DNA from: Octopus sinensis
Taxonomy: Eukaryota
Direction of reading: 5' to 3'
NCBI RefSeq assembly: GCF_006345805.1
Contig: NW_021836248.1
Coordinates: 1 to 24,821 of the forward strand
Length of the DNA stretch: 24,821 nt
The notes under the pieces were generated by a model. It was not told the origin of the DNA, did no database searches, and saw only the letters and a list, made by a program, of their open reading frames with translations. The position numbers were made by a program, and so were the translations under genes. Position 1 is the first letter of the stretch. Each line of letters starts with the position of its first letter. Shown piece by piece: positions 20,528 to 24,821 of this stretch.

Positions 20528-21478
20528 TTATCTTTTACTTATTTCAGTCAATAGAAAACGGTCATGCTGGGGCAGCGCCTTCAAGTACTCTTAGTCGAAT
20601 GGTCAACCTTAGTCGTTTTATTAAGCCTGGTACTTATTCTGTTTATCTCCCTTTACTGAACGGAGGCGTAAACACACCAACACCGGTTGTCAAGCAGTGG
20701 TGGGTTAGAACACACACACACACACACATGCACACACACACACACACACACACACATGTATACAATTCTTTCTTTTCGTTCCCACTAAATAAATCAGAGA
20801 GTGATGGATATATCAACGAATGTAATGCGTCTTTATTATTGAATCGAGCAGAGTCGGCGAACTGACTGTTTCTACGGATGATGGCGAGAGAAGCTTGTTT
20901 TTATGTTCGAGAAAGAAGGGCTTATATCGATTTTATGCAATTGATGTGTTGTTAGTGAATATATTTAAGGTTTAATGTATTACATTTGCTTATGAAGTAT
21001 TTATTATTTAGTGCAAGACCTTAATTTTGTTGTTTTTGTATAGCATCAAAATTTTAACTATATTATATTTAGAAGAGAGGTTCTTAGTTTAATACTCTGT
21101 AAACCATTATTTCCTTTCCGAGTAGATCCAGTGCGCCAGGAAAGGCCAGATTAAGATAAGGTTAAGACCGGGTTAAGACAAATTCCAGATTCTCTGAATA
21201 CGACTTGTATTCTTGTCAGAGCCGTAGAAATCAGTAACGATGGGAAGCAATGAGTGGAAACCGATAGGTTGTGCAATACTATGTTATTTATTACACTCGG
21301 CTATCAGTAACCTGCCATAATTCTTTCAGTTTCCGTCCGCCAAATCCATTCACAAGGTTTTGGTCTGCTCAAGACTATAATAGAAGACACCTACCCAAGG
21401 TGCCACGCAGTGAGACGGAACCTAAAACCATGTGGTTGGGATGCAAGACTCTTCTTACCACCCTGTCACGCCTGCTCC
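20528..21478 (-). mobile_element. SINE family A split by a 560-bp insertion
   Basis: 3' part and CA array at 20528-20772; 5' part resumes at 21319 (aattctttcagtttccgtcc) and runs to 21478. Confidence 0.8.
20761..21322 (+). repeat. Local duplicated segment, copy 2
   Basis: Aligns to 17620-18525 minus the Helitron; carries 35 extra nt absent from copy 1. Confidence 0.9.
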
Positions 21479-21489
21479 CAATATGCAAT

Positions 21490-21521
<32 letters not shown>

Positions 21522-22165
21522 AACACATTCCAAGCAAAATGGATAATTTTGTCCAACCCTGTAACTAAAATAAATGAACCTAAAATATAATAAACTTTGT
21601 ATTCAATGTGACTTTGTTGCCTAAGAACATCATATTTCATTCTCCTAATAAATTTGAAATCCCCCTTTCACAAACACACACACAAAAAAACTATATTGAA
21701 TTACTATTTTAATCGGAAATTTAGAGAGCACCATCACAGTACACATATGTTTATATTATGCTAAATCTGTTGCATGGCCATTGTTACCTTGCTACAGCCA
21801 TTTGTTTCTACCGCGTTGCTTCATTTTTTTTTTAAAGCATACATGAGAGTTTCCACCGACTTCCATCTTTTCAATTCAGAAGATTAACATACTACATACA
21901 GGAAACCCTTGGAGTGTCAAAAGTACATTTTTTTTGTATCTCTTTTTATTTATTAATACTATTTTCTTGCTGACGAATTCCATTAAAATATGTAGAAGCC
22001 TTATACGAAAGAAAAAATATAAAATATAAAAATTCTCTTTACAAAATATTTCCATTATGTTTCTGCAAGTCGTATTGATGTAGGTAGAACATGATAATTA
22101 CAGCTGAAGGCTTTGTGTACTACAAAGTAAACTGTATGATTTACTGATGTTAATGCTTTTCACAG

Positions 22166-22273
22166 TGAACGAATTCAGCCGAAACAATTCCACCACATCA
22201 ATAGTACAGCTTTATTTATTATATAAAAGAATTTTCTCAACTGCAACAATTCTCGGATTTGAAAGAGAAGACG
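22166..22273 (+). other. Candidate internal exon (108 nt)
   Basis: Acceptor taatgcttttcacag| and donor cg|gtaaga. One open frame (xNEFSRNNSTTSIVQLYLLYKRIFSTATILGFERED, phase 1-1). No recognisable homology. Confidence 0.25.
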
Positions 22274-22964
22274 GTAAGAAAAAAAAAAAGAAAACGATGA
22301 GCCAAGCTATGGAAATAAGGTATTTTCCATTTATAACTAATGAGATAACCAGGAGAATGGTTCTTCTATGAATCACAAACATATTGCAGTTTTCCTTTCT
22401 AACTGGAAGTTAACTGCACAACGTGAGGTTGTAATCAAATATATAATGAAATAAGGGATCAAATGAAGCCACAAATATTATGGCAACCCTGTCGGCTCTC
22501 TAGAAAAGAGCCACGAAGTCAGAATACTATCTATAAAGCTAAGTCTGGGTCACGATGCATTAATTCTTGCATGGCTAAACAGCGAGGCTAGAAGTCTAAT
22601 AAATCAAAGTGATGCTAGTGTTTCCTAAAAATAACATCCGTTTATAAAGACAAATCTATTTTAAAGTGAGCATAATACTATATATAGTATTTAGAATAAG
22701 TTGGAGCCTACTATATTCTGAAGGAATTGATCAAATATTACATACCACATTACGTGTGAAAGTATTCACGGTTTGTGATTATAGACGTATATGTCTGTAG
22801 ATATGTAAACAGTATATACAGAGATATACGTGTATAGCTGTTTAAATATTTATTTCATGTCTACACACACAAACGCAACACAGAGAAACACAAATACATG
22901 GACACAAATGATTCAGCCAAACCACAAGCATGCATACAAAGATACGCATGCACACACTCACGTA

Positions 22965-22965
<1 letters not shown>

Positions 22966-23053
<88 letters not shown>

Positions 23054-23060
23054 CTATCGA

Positions 23061-23118
<58 letters not shown>

Positions 23119-23190
23119 CCTATCTATCTATCTATCTATCTTCTATCTATCTATCTATCTATCTATCTATGTCTCTCTCTCTCTCTCTCA

Positions 23191-23285
<95 letters not shown>

Positions 23286-23300
23286 TGTGTGTGTGTATGT
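22966..23300. repeat. Compound (TATC)n/(CT)n/(TA)n/(TG)n microsatellite
   Basis: Direct inspection. Confidence 0.95.
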
Positions 23301-23489
23301 ATATACACAGACACTTTTGTGTGTATATGGGTGTGTTTGAGGTGTGGTTGCATATGAGCAAATTTTCAACACAGTCACGTGTTTGCGTATGTGTATATAT
23401 TTATATGTGAATATGTGGTCGTACCAGATTATATATTCGCAAATATGTCAGATTTTGCTTGTACTTGTGTCTGCGAATATGTATTTGCA

Positions 23490-23641
23490 TAGATACATAT
23501 ATATGTATACATATGTCTACATATATATATATATATATATATATATACACCAACATACAAGAGTGTGCATGTATGTGTGAATGTGTGCGTTTGTGTGTCT
23601 GTCTAAATGTATGTATATACATATGTATATATATATATATA
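23490..23641. repeat. Degenerate TA/TG microsatellites
   Basis: Direct inspection. Confidence 0.8.
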
Positions 23642-23879
23642 GACATCTGTGATATTATGCCTGCGCGTGATCATATAAACCCGGTTCGTAATCAATAGAT
23701 CAATTTTTAGAACTTCCTTACTGTCGTCTTTCTTTCGATAAGTTACTTGCTTCCTTGAATATGTTGAGCACAATGAAGGCCTTCAAGAGGACTGGCAGTA
23801 ACATAAAATAAATGGAGAACAATAATCAGACAACGCTACGATAACCTAGAGGACGAGGGTCAAGACAGCTCCTTCGCTC

Positions 23880-23976
23880 ATGCTCTGCCGTTCTATTCAT
23901 GATATTCATTCTTGTCTGTCCTTTGATGTGATATCTTTGTGGTGTCTGATTGTGTATTTATTGGCTTATGGCTTAT
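23880..23976 (+). CDS. Candidate first coding exon with a signal-peptide-like or membrane segment
   Basis: ATG at 23880 follows an in-frame TAG (23847). Reads MLCRSIHDIHSCLSFDVISLWCLIVYLLAYGL, then a phase-1 GTAAGT donor at 23977. Sequence signals only. Confidence 0.25.
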
Positions 23977-24126
23977 GTAAGTTGTACTGTTTACATATTG
24001 TTGCAGAATGTGTGTCTGAGAGAGAGAGAAAGACAGACAGTACGTGTGTGTGTATGTGAATATATGAATATATCTATATATGTGTGAGCCTGTATACTGT
24101 AGTAAATCTAAATGGCATGCTGTGTA

Positions 24127-24144
24127 TTCGTGTACACAAACGTA

Positions 24145-24187
<43 letters not shown>

Positions 24188-24261
24188 GTGGATATATATA
24201 TATATATTCAAATATATGTATATATGTATCTATAAATATAATATATATATATACGTACATA

Positions 24262-24301
<40 letters not shown>

Positions 24302-24690
24302 TATGTATATATATATATATATATACTATGTATGTATATATATATATATATGTATGTATATATATATATATTATAATATTATATATATATATTATATATA
24401 TATATATATATGACTATGTAAATATGAATATGTGTGTGTGTTTGTGTTTGTTGGTTAGATGTTGTAACGATTACTTTTGGCAATATGTAAGTTGCCTATA
24501 CATGTATGAAAACACATCACACACACATACACACGCACAGACACACACAAACATACACACATATACACACAAATGCACGCATGCACACACACATAAATGC
24601 CTTTGTATATATATGTATATATGTATTGTTTACCCATATATATAATACATATTTAAATATATATATATGCAAATGAAAGCGTATCTTAGC

Positions 24691-24730
<40 letters not shown>

Positions 24731-24759
24731 ACACGCATATATATATATATATATATATA
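24127..24759. repeat. Long compound (TA)n/(TG)n/(CA)n microsatellite region
   Basis: Direct inspection. Confidence 0.95.
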
Positions 24760-24821
24760 CTCTTTTACTCTTTTTCTTGTTTCAGTCATTTGACTGCGGC
24801 CATGCTGGAGCACCGCCTTAA
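24760..24821 (-). mobile_element. SINE family A, 3' end (continues beyond the window)
   Basis: ctcttttactc...gtttcagtcatttgactgcggccatgctggagcaccgcc. Confidence 0.85.

Noticed and set aside
22494-22512. Isolated hairpin ggctct/agagcc
   Set aside because: A single 6-bp stem is expected by chance in 25 kb.
2619-23166. (GATA)n at 2.6-2.76 kb and (TATC)n at 22.97-23.17 kb as long-range inverted repeats
   Set aside because: Common independent tetranucleotide microsatellites with no shared flanks.
687-24813. Many ORF-track entries rich in YI/HT/CV/LSIY repeats (e.g. 687-1055, 2284-2615, 9907-10293, 22830-23410, 24112-24645)
   Set aside because: They are translations of microsatellites, not proteins.
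1-24821. CRISPR array, prokaryotic operon or defence system
   Set aside because: No regularly spaced repeat-spacer array, no gene-dense coding, and the sequence is clearly eukaryotic and repeat-dominated.

Overview
AT-rich eukaryotic, repeat-dominated DNA. The SINE families and dense compound microsatellites look like an octopus (cephalopod) genome; this is inferred from recalled repeat sequences, not from a database search. No complete protein-coding gene can be supported, and most of the ORF track is microsatellite or SINE artefact. The window holds about 20 copies of four tRNA-derived SINE families, labelled A-D here. It also holds the 3' end of an RLE-type (R4/Dong-like) non-LTR retrotransposon, a decayed mariner transposase 5' half, a non-autonomous Helitron, a Helentron/HINE-like element, a 664-bp long-inverted-repeat element and Penelope-like terminal fragments with hammerhead ribozyme motifs. 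Most notable structures: (i) a hairpin-dense 338-bp partial tandem with a hammerhead-like core at 19.36-19.80 kb; (ii) a near-complete type I hammerhead at 1.73-1.80 kb; (iii) two different SINEs stacked at one target site, giving three copies of a 12-bp TSD; (iv) a 560-bp local segment copied into the middle of a SINE with microhomology junctions. A few weak candidate host exons are listed at low confidence.
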